From a virus, in IMG/VR virus record IMGVR_UViG_3300033144_002959, positions 29,709 to 93,708 of that record: a stretch of 64,000 nucleotides of DNA. The stretch is one strand, 5' to 3'. Of this stretch, positions 19,902-29,663 are shown in pieces. Numbering within the stretch: the first letter of the stretch is position 1; each line of letters opens with the position of its first letter. The notes under the pieces are model-generated. The model was not told the origin of the DNA. It did no database searches and saw nothing but the letters and a program-made list of their open reading frames with translations. Made by a program: the position numbers and the translations under genes.

Positions 19902-21931
19902 TACAAGTTCTCCTGCTGAGTCGTATCGATATACGTGTTGCCCTCTGAATCAACACCCAACAAATCATCCGGGTCAAGAGTCCACACTACCGTTTGACAG
20001 TATAGAACTTGCGATGCTGGAGCACCGCCCTCCCAATTATTGAATACCTTCAATTCATCGAATTTATTGGTCCCTGTCGTCGCTGTCGGTATTGCTTCAT
20101 TCGCTGTGAAATCCACCAAGGCCCCAGCCCCTGCTGTTTCCAAATGCCGTGCCTGATCATCAACCAATTCCCAAAGCAGAATGCCATCAATCCAAAATCG
20201 TTGTGCTGCACTTGCCCCAACATCTGTGTTGTTCGAATAAAACTGAAAGAAATGCCACGTGTCTGCCGAGATTAACCCCGAGCTATCCGCTGTAAAATTA
20301 TGGCGAGCGTCAGTCACCGTCTCATCAGGCCACGTCAACTCGTAACCTGTATGCGTAGAACCTGCACTATGCTTGAGCTTGATCGTTACGTAATTCGCCG
20401 TCTGATCGTTACCTAATCGAAACAACATCAAACCATTTGACGTTGTACTGAAATCGAATCCAGTCGGAAAATAGAACCAACCACCAAACCAGACTTGCCC
20501 GCCGAACAGCGTCTGAGCCGAAGTAGTTGGAACGATGTCTCCACCAAACGTACCGTCAGTCGGATTATCTGGCGTACCTGTCGTGCCCGAGGCAATGCCA
20601 ATTTCGCATGACCTAACCTTGCCAATTTTTAGAATCGTGACGTCCGAATTGCACCCACGCGGCTGAGTCGTTCCCTGTTCCCAATCTACCTGCTCAGCGA
20701 TAATTGTATTGACAGGTAGATTGGGTAGTGTGGGAAATTGATTAAAGTCCAAATCAATCTCTGGCGTCCAGACAGGAGGGCCATACCCACCTCCCGATCC
20801 CTCGCTCGGCTCAAACAAATCATCCGGTACAACTGCCGACACCGTAATCGTCTCGGCCCCGCCCGTAGCCAAGCCATCGTAAAATGCCTCAGCCCAACCG
20901 TCCACATCCGTGACCACCGTAACTGGAGCAACATCGCCCACACCTTCATCTGAGAACGTCACCTCTACGCCCGCCACGCCCTCTCCAGAGCTTCCAATCG
21001 CTTTGGTGAACACCTTGGTTACCGCGTTGACTCGCGGCTCTCTGACGGCCACTGGTTGCTGTAGGTGATGAACAATGGGCACTGGGCTAAACCCACGGAT
21101 GTAAGTCTGCTCAACTCCGCCTGACTGTGGCTGCAAATCACAAATCAATAATCGATGGTTGTGCCGGTCATAGCCATACAGCCTTGACGTATCCACCGAT
21201 CCCGCCAACTGAGGCCGATGCTTCGTCACGTGGACTATCTGATTGTTCAAATAGTTAAACGTAACTGCAACCCCAGTGCGATTGACAACCACGGCATACG
21301 GATTACCAATATCAAAAATTGATTGTGCTAGTCCACACGCATGTGTCGTTTCCCCAATCCGTGTCCAAGGATTATCGTTGTCATACGTCCTAACTTTGCC
21401 TTGCTGGGAATTACCATCAGGCGAAGTCACGTGTGAACATATCAATCGAGAAATCGGATCATAAAAAGATTCCGGCCCGCCCCCGTCACGATAGAACGCA
21501 GTAAATGGGTCGGTATCGTCATAGGCGGAAAATTTGAAAAGCGGTAAAGTGTCTGTAACCTGACCGCCCGGTTGGGTGCCGAACCGCAACCACACCGCCA
21601 AAAGATTAGTCCATATATATAAATTTCCGTCTCTGAATTCCCTTATAGCCGTAGTGTGGAGATACAAGCCAGAGGCACCTGTAACCGGCCCCTGCGATAT
21701 CTGCTCACCAGTAGTACCGTCCCACCGAAACATATGCCACGTAATACTGCCACCGGCACTAGCACGAACTCGGCTAAACAAAGCCACAGCCACACCGCTG
21801 GGAGCATCATTCGTCTTATACGAAAAAATGCTGTACGTATTATCAGCCAGCTCACCGTTCACAAGATTGTCCAGTAAAGCAGGGGCACTAATAGGAACCG
21901 GCGTCGTATTGTATGTCTCTCGATAGCCCAT
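19901..21931 (-). CDS. Tail protein with Big_1-like Ig domain and C-terminal polysaccharide-lyase-like jelly roll
   Basis: GEGVAGVEVTFS...TDVDGWAEAFY (Big_1-like); VWFGGWFYFPTGFDF...TWHFFQF...RFWIDG (lyase/ConA-like). Confidence 0.6.
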   Translation of the reverse strand: MGYRETYNTTPVPISAPALLDNLVNGELADNTYSIFSYKTNDAPSGVAVALFSRVRASAGGSITWHMFRWDGTTGEQISQGPVTGASGLYLHTTAIREFRDGNLYIWTNLLAVWLRFGTQPGGQVTDTLPLFKFSAYDDTDPFTAFYRDGGGPESFYDPISRLICSHVTSPDGNSQQGKVRTYDNDNPWTRIGETTHACGLAQSIFDIGNPYAVVVNRTGVAVTFNYLNNQIVHVTKHRPQLAGSVDTSRLYGYDRHNHRLLICDLQPQSGGVEQTYIRGFSPVPIVHHLQQPVAVREPRVNAVTKVFTKAIGSSGEGVAGVEVTFSDEGVGDVAPVTVVTDVDGWAEAFYDGLATGGAETITVSAVVPDDLFEPSEGSGGGYGPPVWTPEIDLDFNQFPTLPNLPVNTIIAEQVDWEQGTTQPRGCNSDVTILKIGKVRSCEIGIASGTTGTPDNPTDGTFGGDIVPTTSAQTLFGGQVWFGGWFYFPTGFDFSTTSNGLMLFRLGNDQTANYVTIKLKHSAGSTHTGYELTWPDETVTDARHNFTADSSGLISADTWHFFQFYSNNTDVGASAAQRFWIDGILLWELVDDQARHLETAGAGALVDFTANEAIPTATTGTNKFDELKVFNNWEGGAPASQVLYCQTVVWTLDPDDLLGVDSEGNTYIDTTQQENL

Positions 21932-22950
21932 CAGTACGTCACGCTCGCTTGAATCGTCGGGTTCACCCCACCCGTGAGCAATGTCCGGTATTGAATTTCA
22001 GCAACACCATCTTCGTCAGTCGTACTCTGCGGAGCTGTAGGCCCCAACAAATCCCCGTTGCCAACCGTAATACTCCAATCAACCAACCGGTCTGGTACCC
22101 CAGTACCAGCGTCATCCAGTAAAGTAGTCTGAATCGTGCTCACCCGCCCTTGCGTAATGGGGGTCAAAGCAATCGGTGCCGACAACGAATCAACTTCATT
22201 CTCATTCGACCAAATTCTCATTTCCTGATTGCCAGTGTTATCGTGCAACGAAATAAAAATATCGAACTTCGGTGAGTACAACACTGTCTCTGATGCTATT
22301 CCCAGAGTCTTACGGGGAAGTATCTCGGTCCTTCTCTGCCAATCGTAAGTTGCAATCGTACTAACCGAGTCATCGGTAGACAGATATATCAACCCATCCC
22401 GCCCCGGTATCATGCGATTCCAGATTCCAAGAGTGCCGAAGCCCGGATCAAATACGTACTCCGACACTAGATCGGCCTGTACTTCATCAAGAGCGCAAGA
22501 CGCCATTTCTGCCTGTGAAAAAGTAGGCGCTGCCCACGTAAGCCATCGATCAGGCAACCTAAATAGACCCACGTACGACCAGTCATTCGCAACCGTAAAC
22601 GCCTGCGCCTCTATCCACGATCCAGTCCACGGCTCCAAAGGGTACTCAGGTGTAGTCAAACCAAAACAAGCAATCGCGTTTTGAGTAATGTAATCGTAAC
22701 CCATCTTGCCTAAGCCGGGAGTGTTCGCCTTCTTATTCCTTACGTAAAAAACACCGTCAAGATTGACCACAATCATCGACCCCGGCCCCGCCCGTGCACC
22801 ATACCCAGAGACATTTGCAGCACCGATAATGCCATGATCATCCAGCCATATTGACGAAGCCTCTGTCAGCAACACGTCAAACCCAGCAGTATCATCATCA
22901 TTTGGGTCAGCTGTGCAAACGATTGGCCCTTGCAAAAGTTTAAGTACCAT
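21931..22950 (-). CDS. Tail protein with C-terminal Big_1-like Ig domain
   Basis: GTGVPDRLVDWSITVGNG...TTDEDGVAEIQY; ATG at 22950 with GAGG RBS (ORF track 22962). Confidence 0.6.
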   Translation of the reverse strand: MVLKLLQGPIVCTADPNDDDTAGFDVLLTEASSIWLDDHGIIGAANVSGYGARAGPGSMIVVNLDGVFYVRNKKANTPGLGKMGYDYITQNAIACFGLTTPEYPLEPWTGSWIEAQAFTVANDWSYVGLFRLPDRWLTWAAPTFSQAEMASCALDEVQADLVSEYVFDPGFGTLGIWNRMIPGRDGLIYLSTDDSVSTIATYDWQRRTEILPRKTLGIASETVLYSPKFDIFISLHDNTGNQEMRIWSNENEVDSLSAPIALTPITQGRVSTIQTTLLDDAGTGVPDRLVDWSITVGNGDLLGPTAPQSTTDEDGVAEIQYRTLLTGGVNPTIQASVTY

Positions 22951-23839
22951 ACGTGACCTCAATCGTCTTCACGCCTTCCGTACCGGGAAAATATGTGTTG
23001 TAGGCTCGACCAAGAGAATCCGTCTGATTGCTGGCAACATCTAACGAACCGTCACCAACTGTTATGGCCCAACCCAAAGACTTATTAGGTTCTCCCACAA
23101 ATACCAAATGCGAAGACGCGCTCAACTGCACCCGAGCCGGTGTCGCTGTCACCTCCGTAGCCCCAGCAGGTAAAACCTTGGGTAGCTGCGCCGGGGCACC
23201 GTCAGTACCAACTGCAACAAAATCAACTTCAATATCGTTAGAAAACCCAGCCCCAAATCCAGTCCACCCAACAGCCGTATGCGTGCCGTCAGTAGCTTCA
23301 AGGTTCCACGTACCGGGATTCTGATCGCCATAGGCCCACATCCGCCCTTTAATCGAGGTACCTTCCACCCGCAGCTGTGCCCAGTACCACGTGTTGATTA
23401 CCAGTGTCGGCCCAGTCCACGTATCAATAATGGTTTCAACCCCAGCACTCCATTCAGAAAGCTCCCACTCAGTCCCCAATTGTGCGTCTCGGAGTGCGTA
23501 GCCATTCTCACTGCCACCAGCACCGCTGGCACGAGCACCCATAATAAAATTGTCATCGACATCAGGGCCTTCAATGTACTGAAACAATACAAGCATGTCC
23601 GTGTCCGCAGACTGATGCACCTGCAAATCAAGCCTGTCCCACGCAAGCAGTAGCCCAATCCCAGTGGCCACTTTACCTTCAACATACAACACATTTGGCC
23701 CGATATTATTCGTCGTCGATGTATCGAAATAAGCAAGCTGTGGCGTACCGTGTACCGCCCAACGTGGCGTCCAATCTGGTATTGCCCCATTTACTGACGC
23801 CAAAAGCGGGTCCGTCATTGTTTGTGCTAAATGTCCCAT
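22940..23839 (-). CDS. Tail protein, ConA-like domain plus Big_1-like segment
   Basis: Paralogous to 12115-13047; C-terminal WAITVGDGSL...TDSLGRAYNTY; immediately after tape measure gene. Confidence 0.6.
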   Translation of the reverse strand: MGHLAQTMTDPLLASVNGAIPDWTPRWAVHGTPQLAYFDTSTTNNIGPNVLYVEGKVATGIGLLLAWDRLDLQVHQSADTDMLVLFQYIEGPDVDDNFIMGARASGAGGSENGYALRDAQLGTEWELSEWSAGVETIIDTWTGPTLVINTWYWAQLRVEGTSIKGRMWAYGDQNPGTWNLEATDGTHTAVGWTGFGAGFSNDIEVDFVAVGTDGAPAQLPKVLPAGATEVTATPARVQLSASSHLVFVGEPNKSLGWAITVGDGSLDVASNQTDSLGRAYNTYFPGTEGVKTIEVTYGT

Positions 23840-26800
23840 TATCTCGTCGCCAGTATCCTTCCAAATTCACGTTCCAGAACATCACGCATCATGGAATTTA
23901 ACGCATCGTCACTTACATTCAAGACAAGTTCTGTCGGTTGCTGTGTTGCTGCCCGCTGTTGACCCGATGCACTCGCACCCGCCCTAAGTTGAGCCTGCGT
24001 TGGTGAAGTACCAACTGAACCGCCATCCGCAAACCGTCGTTTCGGAGGTTTCGTAATTGATAGTCGCCTAGATACATCCACGGGTTCTGCAATGCCACGG
24101 TTAATTGCCTCCATCATTTGTACGCCGTACTGCCTAACCGACGCAGCTTTCATCACATATTCACCATCAGAAAGCATTGCCGGAATCGAATCACTGGTGC
24201 TAGTTCCCGGCCCACGTACACTGCCCCCCGGCCCGCCTCTAGCCAACTCGGGCACGCTGTCCTCCAGCTCGGGCACACTACCCACCGGCCCGCCTCTAGC
24301 TAAGTGAGGCACGCTGCCCCCCGGTTCATGTGCACTACCCTCCGGTCTATCGCCTACCAGCTTGGATACACCGTCTTCCGCCAGTCCTGCGGCTCCTGCG
24401 GCTCCTGCGGCTTTCACCGGTACACCGTCTTCCAACTTGGGTACGCTGCCCCCACGAGCACGAGTATGAGTATGAGTATGAGTATGGGTACTGCTTACCG
24501 GCCCGCCGCTCGCCAGCTCACGTATTCTGCTTACCAGCCCACCGCTCGCCAGCTGGGCCACATTGCGGCTCGGTCCACCGCTTGCCAACTTCAATACCCC
24601 ACCATCAGCCGCCTTAATAAATCCCCCTGTCGAGGGGGACGATATAAGACCGCCCTCAGAACTGCCCAAGAAACTAAACAACGAATCGACCAACCGCTTA
24701 GCCAACCGCTCTGCGATCAATCGCAGAATTGCTTTGCGTACACCCTGCACAAACTTTTCGAAGGCATCACTTAAACTACCGAAATTGTTCAATAAATCTT
24801 CGAAAAAGTCAGCAAGATTTGCTTCCAATAAAGTCTTAACACCCTGTTGAAATTCGGTCAGTTCGACCGTAGTGTTATCAAGAGTTAATTGCAATTCCTC
24901 CAAAAATCTCAGTAGCGCCGGGTCACCGGGGTCCAGTAACAACAATGCTTCAACTGCCGGAATCAATTCATCCCTAAGTGCACTGGCAGTAACGCGAGCA
25001 GCATCTGCAATTTTCTCCTGAGCCACAGCCTGCGAAATTGCACCGGCCTCAAGCCGTGCCGTCACCAAAGCAACCTGAGCGTCTTGATTAGCAATCAACC
25101 GCTCAAACGCTCTCTCGATCCCCTCGATACTGCCCTCGGCAATATCATCCGCGATTGCTTTGACCTGTGCTTCTGTTCGTATGCCAAGAGCCGTAAGCCG
25201 CCCAGTGATCGTTGTTTCTAACGTGTCAAACTCAAGCTCAAGTTGCTGTTTTCGAGCATCAGCCAAATTCAATGTTGCCTGCGAACTCGTTGCCGTCTCA
25301 CTGCTAGACGCCGCATCTTGTGCAAGTTTCACTCGATCAATACCGGCTTCGATTACAGCGAGCTTTGCATCAGTAAGTTTACGGGCATTCTCAAGCTGCA
25401 ACGCTGCAAGCTGTTTATCCGCCTCTAGTTGCCCGAGAACAATTCTTGATCGCGCATCCGCAAATTCCTGCTCATTGATTTCTCGCGCATCGAGCTGGCG
25501 TTGCAAGTCATCAGTAAGGGCTTCGTCCCCTGCCCGAATAGCATCAACATCCGCACGCGCCTGCGCCTCAGCCAACCTATTCTCAGCACCCGTTATCGAT
25601 ACCCTTGTTTTTGCCGCCGCTAATTTTTCTGCCGCAGACAGCTCAGCTGCTGCCGCCGACTCTTTATCCTTGGTTACCAAATCCTCAGCAAATAATGCTT
25701 GCTGTGCAACCGTCAATTTCTGGGCAAGAACCTGAATAATTTCCTTTTCTGTTTCAAGTTCTTTTACTTTGTTCTCTATCAAAATATTTTGTACACCGCC
25801 TATCACACTTCTCGCCGCAGACGCTGCCTTACTTATCACGCTCTCGTCGCCAAACACTGACTCTATCTGGAATCCAGTAACAGGCTCTTCTAGTTCTGCT
25901 CGCATATTCGCAATCGAACCAGTAAGCGCAACCACTTTTATTTCGGCCTCGTCCAGCTGTTCAAAATAAGATCGAATTCCTTCGATAGATACATCAACGT
26001 TTCCGATATTTATTTCAGATTTTTCTTTAAGTATGTCGAACTTATCTCCGACCTCTATGATCCGCGCTTCAAGCTCATCAACCTCGGCCTGCGCATCTTC
26101 AATATCAGACTCGGTCGTGAAAAGTTTCTGTAGAGGATTACCGACATCCTCCCTCAAAGTCAGCTGTTCTAATTTGTCTTTTGCCTCGTCCAGTTCTTTG
26201 TTTAATTGGTCAACGGCCCCCTCGGCAAGATCAAGAGCCTTAACTTTATCCAGCTCAGATAACGCTTCAAACGATTCGATAGAATCATCAACCGCTTCCG
26301 TCACTTCATCCATATCCGAAGCGAACGCAACCGCTGTTGAACTCAGCAACAGCAAACCAGTTACGATAAATCCAACCGGCCCCAGCATCGCCCTAGACGC
26401 GACAGTGAACACCCGCACAGCGGTTGTGGCCCTAGCCAAATTGATTCTTGCTAATCTCAAGCCACGATTAAAACCTGTGAGTGCCAGCTTTAAGACAGTG
26501 AACCCTTTACCCGCAACCAAAATCGTCGTAAACAATGCGGTCAACGCCACACCAAGCGCCGTGAGTGCCAACGTAACCTGTGCAATAGTTTGCGCCACTT
26601 CCGAAGTGGCTAGTAATTGCTGAAACGCAACAGCAAGATTTCCGATACCCACCACCATTGGTTCCAATATCGGAATAACCGCCTGACCAAGCTCAGTGAA
26701 TGCGTTACTTATTCGCGTAAGCGCCGTTTCAAGTTGCACACCAAACGACTGTTGAACGATATCAGCCGCTCTTGCTGCCGCACCAGCCGCCTCTTCCTGA

Positions 26801-27831
26801 TCCTTCAACGCCTGCGTAAATCTCTCAGCGGGTCCACCGCCAGCAGTGGTCAATTGTAGGATCGCTTGTACACCCTCAATTGATCCCAGCATCTTGATCA
26901 TTTGGGCTTCGCTGCCCTTCGCTGCTTTCCTTATTTGATCAAATGTCTTTTGCAGACCCTGTTTAGCAATAGCCTCTGAGACGCTACCAAACTCACCAAG
27001 AGCCTCGGTTACTTCCGGGGTATCTCGGGCAAGGCCCTGCAACGCTGCACGAATCTGAGTGGTTGCCACGGATGTCGGCGTACCTGAAAGAGTGATCGTT
27101 TGGATCGCCGCATTCAGCTCGGTGAAGTCAACGCTTAATGCGTTTGCCAACGGAGCAGCTTGGAATAGGAAATTAGACAACTCATCGATAGTTGTCGCGC
27201 CGCCTTTAACCGTCGTGAACAGAGAATCCGCAACCCGAGCTGCTTCCGTCCCTTCCAGATTAAACGCATTCAATACAGACGCCAAACCTTTGGTCACTGT
27301 CTCGACATCCGCAACGCCTGCACGGGCCAACGTAAGAGCTATGGCGAGACGTTCGTTTGCATCGGCACCAGCCTCCGCTCCGGTCGATATAGTTTGATAC
27401 AGGGCAGCTGCGACACGCGCACGGTCAACTCCGAACTCGTTTGACAGAGCAACTACTGACTTGCGTAACTCTTCGTTCGCTCTCGCAGACGGTGCAACCA
27501 ACGTTTCAATCTCAGCAATCTGGGTTTGGAATTCCCCAGCCGCTTTTGCCGCCGCCAGAAACGGGGCTGCGATTGCCGTACCGATAGCAGCAAGTGCAAG
27601 GCCCGAACTTCTCAGCTCATTGAATTCTATCGCCGCATCAGCGGCTTGGTCTTCGGTATTTTTAAGTTCTCGGTTGAGACCTTTGACGCCCTTTTCAGTT
27701 TCCCCAACATCAACGTCTTCCAGCTCTTCGCCTGCCTTAGCAGCAGCCGAAAAGTTTTTCTTGAGCTTAGTGATTCCAGCCTGCGTTAGATCACGCAGTT
27801 TGATCAGAATGTTTAAGGTCGAGTCAGCCAT
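23839..27831 (-). CDS. Tail tape measure protein (TP901-like core)
   Basis: 1330 aa, Ala-rich helical; ALYQTISTG, RVADSLFTTVKGGATTIDEL core; hydrophobic segments; GPGTSTSDSIPAMLSDGEYV C-terminal motif. Confidence 0.92.
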   Translation of the reverse strand: MADSTLNILIKLRDLTQAGITKLKKNFSAAAKAGEELEDVDVGETEKGVKGLNRELKNTEDQAADAAIEFNELRSSGLALAAIGTAIAAPFLAAAKAAGEFQTQIAEIETLVAPSARANEELRKSVVALSNEFGVDRARVAAALYQTISTGAEAGADANERLAIALTLARAGVADVETVTKGLASVLNAFNLEGTEAARVADSLFTTVKGGATTIDELSNFLFQAAPLANALSVDFTELNAAIQTITLSGTPTSVATTQIRAALQGLARDTPEVTEALGEFGSVSEAIAKQGLQKTFDQIRKAAKGSEAQMIKMLGSIEGVQAILQLTTAGGGPAERFTQALKDQEEAAGAAARAADIVQQSFGVQLETALTRISNAFTELGQAVIPILEPMVVGIGNLAVAFQQLLATSEVAQTIAQVTLALTALGVALTALFTTILVAGKGFTVLKLALTGFNRGLRLARINLARATTAVRVFTVASRAMLGPVGFIVTGLLLLSSTAVAFASDMDEVTEAVDDSIESFEALSELDKVKALDLAEGAVDQLNKELDEAKDKLEQLTLREDVGNPLQKLFTTESDIEDAQAEVDELEARIIEVGDKFDILKEKSEINIGNVDVSIEGIRSYFEQLDEAEIKVVALTGSIANMRAELEEPVTGFQIESVFGDESVISKAASAARSVIGGVQNILIENKVKELETEKEIIQVLAQKLTVAQQALFAEDLVTKDKESAAAAELSAAEKLAAAKTRVSITGAENRLAEAQARADVDAIRAGDEALTDDLQRQLDAREINEQEFADARSRIVLGQLEADKQLAALQLENARKLTDAKLAVIEAGIDRVKLAQDAASSSETATSSQATLNLADARKQQLELEFDTLETTITGRLTALGIRTEAQVKAIADDIAEGSIEGIERAFERLIANQDAQVALVTARLEAGAISQAVAQEKIADAARVTASALRDELIPAVEALLLLDPGDPALLRFLEELQLTLDNTTVELTEFQQGVKTLLEANLADFFEDLLNNFGSLSDAFEKFVQGVRKAILRLIAERLAKRLVDSLFSFLGSSEGGLISSPSTGGFIKAADGGVLKLASGGPSRNVAQLASGGLVSRIRELASGGPVSSTHTHTHTHTRARGGSVPKLEDGVPVKAAGAAGAAGLAEDGVSKLVGDRPEGSAHEPGGSVPHLARGGPVGSVPELEDSVPELARGGPGGSVRGPGTSTSDSIPAMLSDGEYVMKAASVRQYGVQMMEAINRGIAEPVDVSRRLSITKPPKRRFADGGSVGTSPTQAQLRAGASASGQQRAATQQPTELVLNVSDDALNSMMRDVLEREFGRILATR
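24220..24600 (-). repeat. Mosaic short-duplication tract inside the tape measure gene
   Basis: (GAGTAT)x4 encodes HTHTHTHT; (CCTGCGGCT)x3 encodes AAGAAGAAG; duplicated GGCCCGCCTCTAGC, TACACCGTCTTCC, CCGCTCGCCAGCT; repeated LASGG/LARGG peptides. Confidence 0.85.
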
Positions 27832-28129
27832 TCGTCAGTTCCTTAATGTAAGCCTTGAAGCCTTTCTTGTCAGCCCAAGCAGCGGCTCTGACATTTATGG
27901 CGAACGCAGCCCGCTCAGCATCTACACGTATTCTTGCCAACTCGACTAAACTGATTAACCTCCTGATCGGATATCGGAGCACTTTTTCATAATCGTGACC
28001 ATTGGCGATCAGGAATTCTGCTCCGGCTGCAAGTCCTTTAATCCACCGATCAAGGGATTCTGCACCTCGGCCAGACCCGTGTCGTTCAGCTTCCCGATGC
28101 TTTTGAGGATGCTTCCGGCCAGTTTTCCC
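27824..28129 (-). other. -1 programmed frameshift extension of tail assembly chaperone (GT-like)
   Basis: Slippery G GGA AAA at 28129-28123 in chaperone frame; -1 frame open to TGA at 27826-27824 (...WIKGLAAGAEFLIANGHDYEKVLRYPIRR...ELTNG), overlapping the TMP start. Confidence 0.8.
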
Positions 28130-28452
28130 AACGTCTCAATGTCCAGTGAAGACAAGTCCCATACCTCCTGAATGGCACGGAGCTGCACGCCTACCGGTAA
28201 TTTTCTGACCTGTTCCTCAAGATCATGCTCGTCAGCAGCGTACGCTATAGCTGCCGCCACAAATTGCGGGAACTCTTTCAATAAAATTTCAAAATCCGCC
28301 CCCGCTTCCGCACCAAACATTGCCTTCAATGCGTCCGTGTGGTTTTCCAGTAGCAACACAACATCCTCTAGTGAAAGCCCGCGCACCTGAAAATTCTGGT
28401 CCCCCGGACATTCAATCTCAACCTTTCGATCTACAAGGTCTCTTAAACTCAT
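28009..28452 (-). CDS. Tail assembly chaperone (G-like)
   Basis: 147 aa between tail tube and TMP; VRGLSLEDV motif; contains slippery site. Confidence 0.8.
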   Translation of the reverse strand: MSLRDLVDRKVEIECPGDQNFQVRGLSLEDVVLLLENHTDALKAMFGAEAGADFEILLKEFPQFVAAAIAYAADEHDLEEQVRKLPVGVQLRAIQEVWDLSSLDIETLGKLAGSILKSIGKLNDTGLAEVQNPLIGGLKDLQPEQNS

Positions 28453-28473
28453 TTCTCAACTCCCGTCTCTATT

Positions 28474-28512
28474 AAAACTAGGGGGACGTCCAATTGATTG
28501 GACAATCCCCCC
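28474..28512 (-). terminator. Terminator-like hairpin containing 16-bp palindrome copy 2 (28488-28503)
   Basis: Minus strand GGGGGATT-GTCCAATCAATTGGAC-GTCCCCC-TAGTTTT just after the tail tube gene. Confidence 0.65.
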
Positions 28513-28526
28513 AATCAATCACCCGC

Positions 28527-29303
28527 TTACGTTATTGTCGGGGCTTGCGTGATCTGGAAAAACTTCGATCCAACTGCCCGCGTTGCATCCGATAGCGCGT
28601 TACCCTCAACGGCCATCTGTGCAATCTCGTCATTGATCAAAGCCAGCTCGGCCAACGGTGTGATTTCCATCTTAAAGATATCAACCGTAACCGGGTTATC
28701 CAAGTCCGCCGTGTTCAACCCGTGGAACCGTGCCCAGCGAGTCGGATTCGCCGACACTGTCAAAGCGTCAACGGTCTCCTGAGCCACGTACGTGTAATCC
28801 GCCAACAGAGCCTGACCCTCGGTGATCGTACCCGTGCCTATGGGCCTGAACGCGCCTGCCGAAGCATCGAGTTCATAGTCGGTGTCGAGTACATACGTCA
28901 CAATTGCGCCGACATTTGTCAGCACAAAAGCCGCAACCTGAATGAAATCAAGCGGCGTCCACAGATCGATATAACCAGTTACCGCTTCGTCAGTCACGGT
29001 GCCTGCTATCACGTCAGCAGACGTACCCTTCAGGGAAATGGCCAAGTTCTCGGACTCAATCGATTCCATCGTCATGTTGACTGCGACACTAATCTCGGTG
29101 ATCAGCGTCAAGTCAACGGCTCGCTGGCCTGACTGGGATTCTTTGTGCTCAAACTCTGATATTTCATTACCGATAGTCAACGCGCTAACGTTTCCCACAG
29201 CTCTGAAACCCGAATTCGGCTCACCGGTCGTACCGTCTTTTGTTGCCAGCAACAGCACACCCTGACCGGAGAGGTAATTACTGGATTTTTCAGCAGTAGT
29301 CAT
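28527..29303 (-). CDS. Major tail (tube) protein
   Basis: YLSGQG...FRAVGNVSAL...EHKESQSGQR...ENLAISL.G; inserted Ig-like YVLDTDYELD domain; position before chaperone and TMP. Confidence 0.85.
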   Translation of the reverse strand: MTTAEKSSNYLSGQGVLLLATKDGTTGEPNSGFRAVGNVSALTIGNEISEFEHKESQSGQRAVDLTLITEISVAVNMTMESIESENLAISLKGTSADVIAGTVTDEAVTGYIDLWTPLDFIQVAAFVLTNVGAIVTYVLDTDYELDASAGAFRPIGTGTITEGQALLADYTYVAQETVDALTVSANPTRWARFHGLNTADLDNPVTVDIFKMEITPLAELALINDEIAQMAVEGNALSDATRAVGSKFFQITQAPTIT

Positions 29304-29356
29304 TTGCTTCTCCTAAAAGTTTTGACTCCAAGTCAGGCCACATGGCCGACCGGGTG

Positions 29357-29620
29357 TTAATCATCGTCCACTTCGGACGACGTTTCTTCATCAGCCTCAA
29401 CGGCTTCCTCTTCGGATTCAGTCTCTTCAACTGACCCCAACTCAACCGGCGTTTCTTCCGGGTTCTCTCTGTCAATGACGCCAACTTTCTTGGCGGCACC
29501 TCTTCGAATCAATTTATCAGCTCGCGATACCTGAGCGGCGAACCTGTCGCCCTTCGTGTAGTGCACGCCTCCCGCAGTCAAACTCTCAACCACGCATTCC
29601 ATTTCAACGTCTAACGACAT
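29357..29620 (-). CDS. Small neck-region protein with acidic tail
   Basis: GVHYTKGDRF...ADKLIRRGAA motif, E/D-rich C-terminus; ATG at 29620 with GGAG RBS. Confidence 0.55.
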   Translation of the reverse strand: MSLDVEMECVVESLTAGGVHYTKGDRFAAQVSRADKLIRRGAAKKVGVIDRENPEETPVELGSVEETESEEEAVEADEETSSEVDDD

Positions 29621-29663
29621 TTTAATTCTCCGCTTTGGTCGGTATCTTACCGCCACCAGTTCG

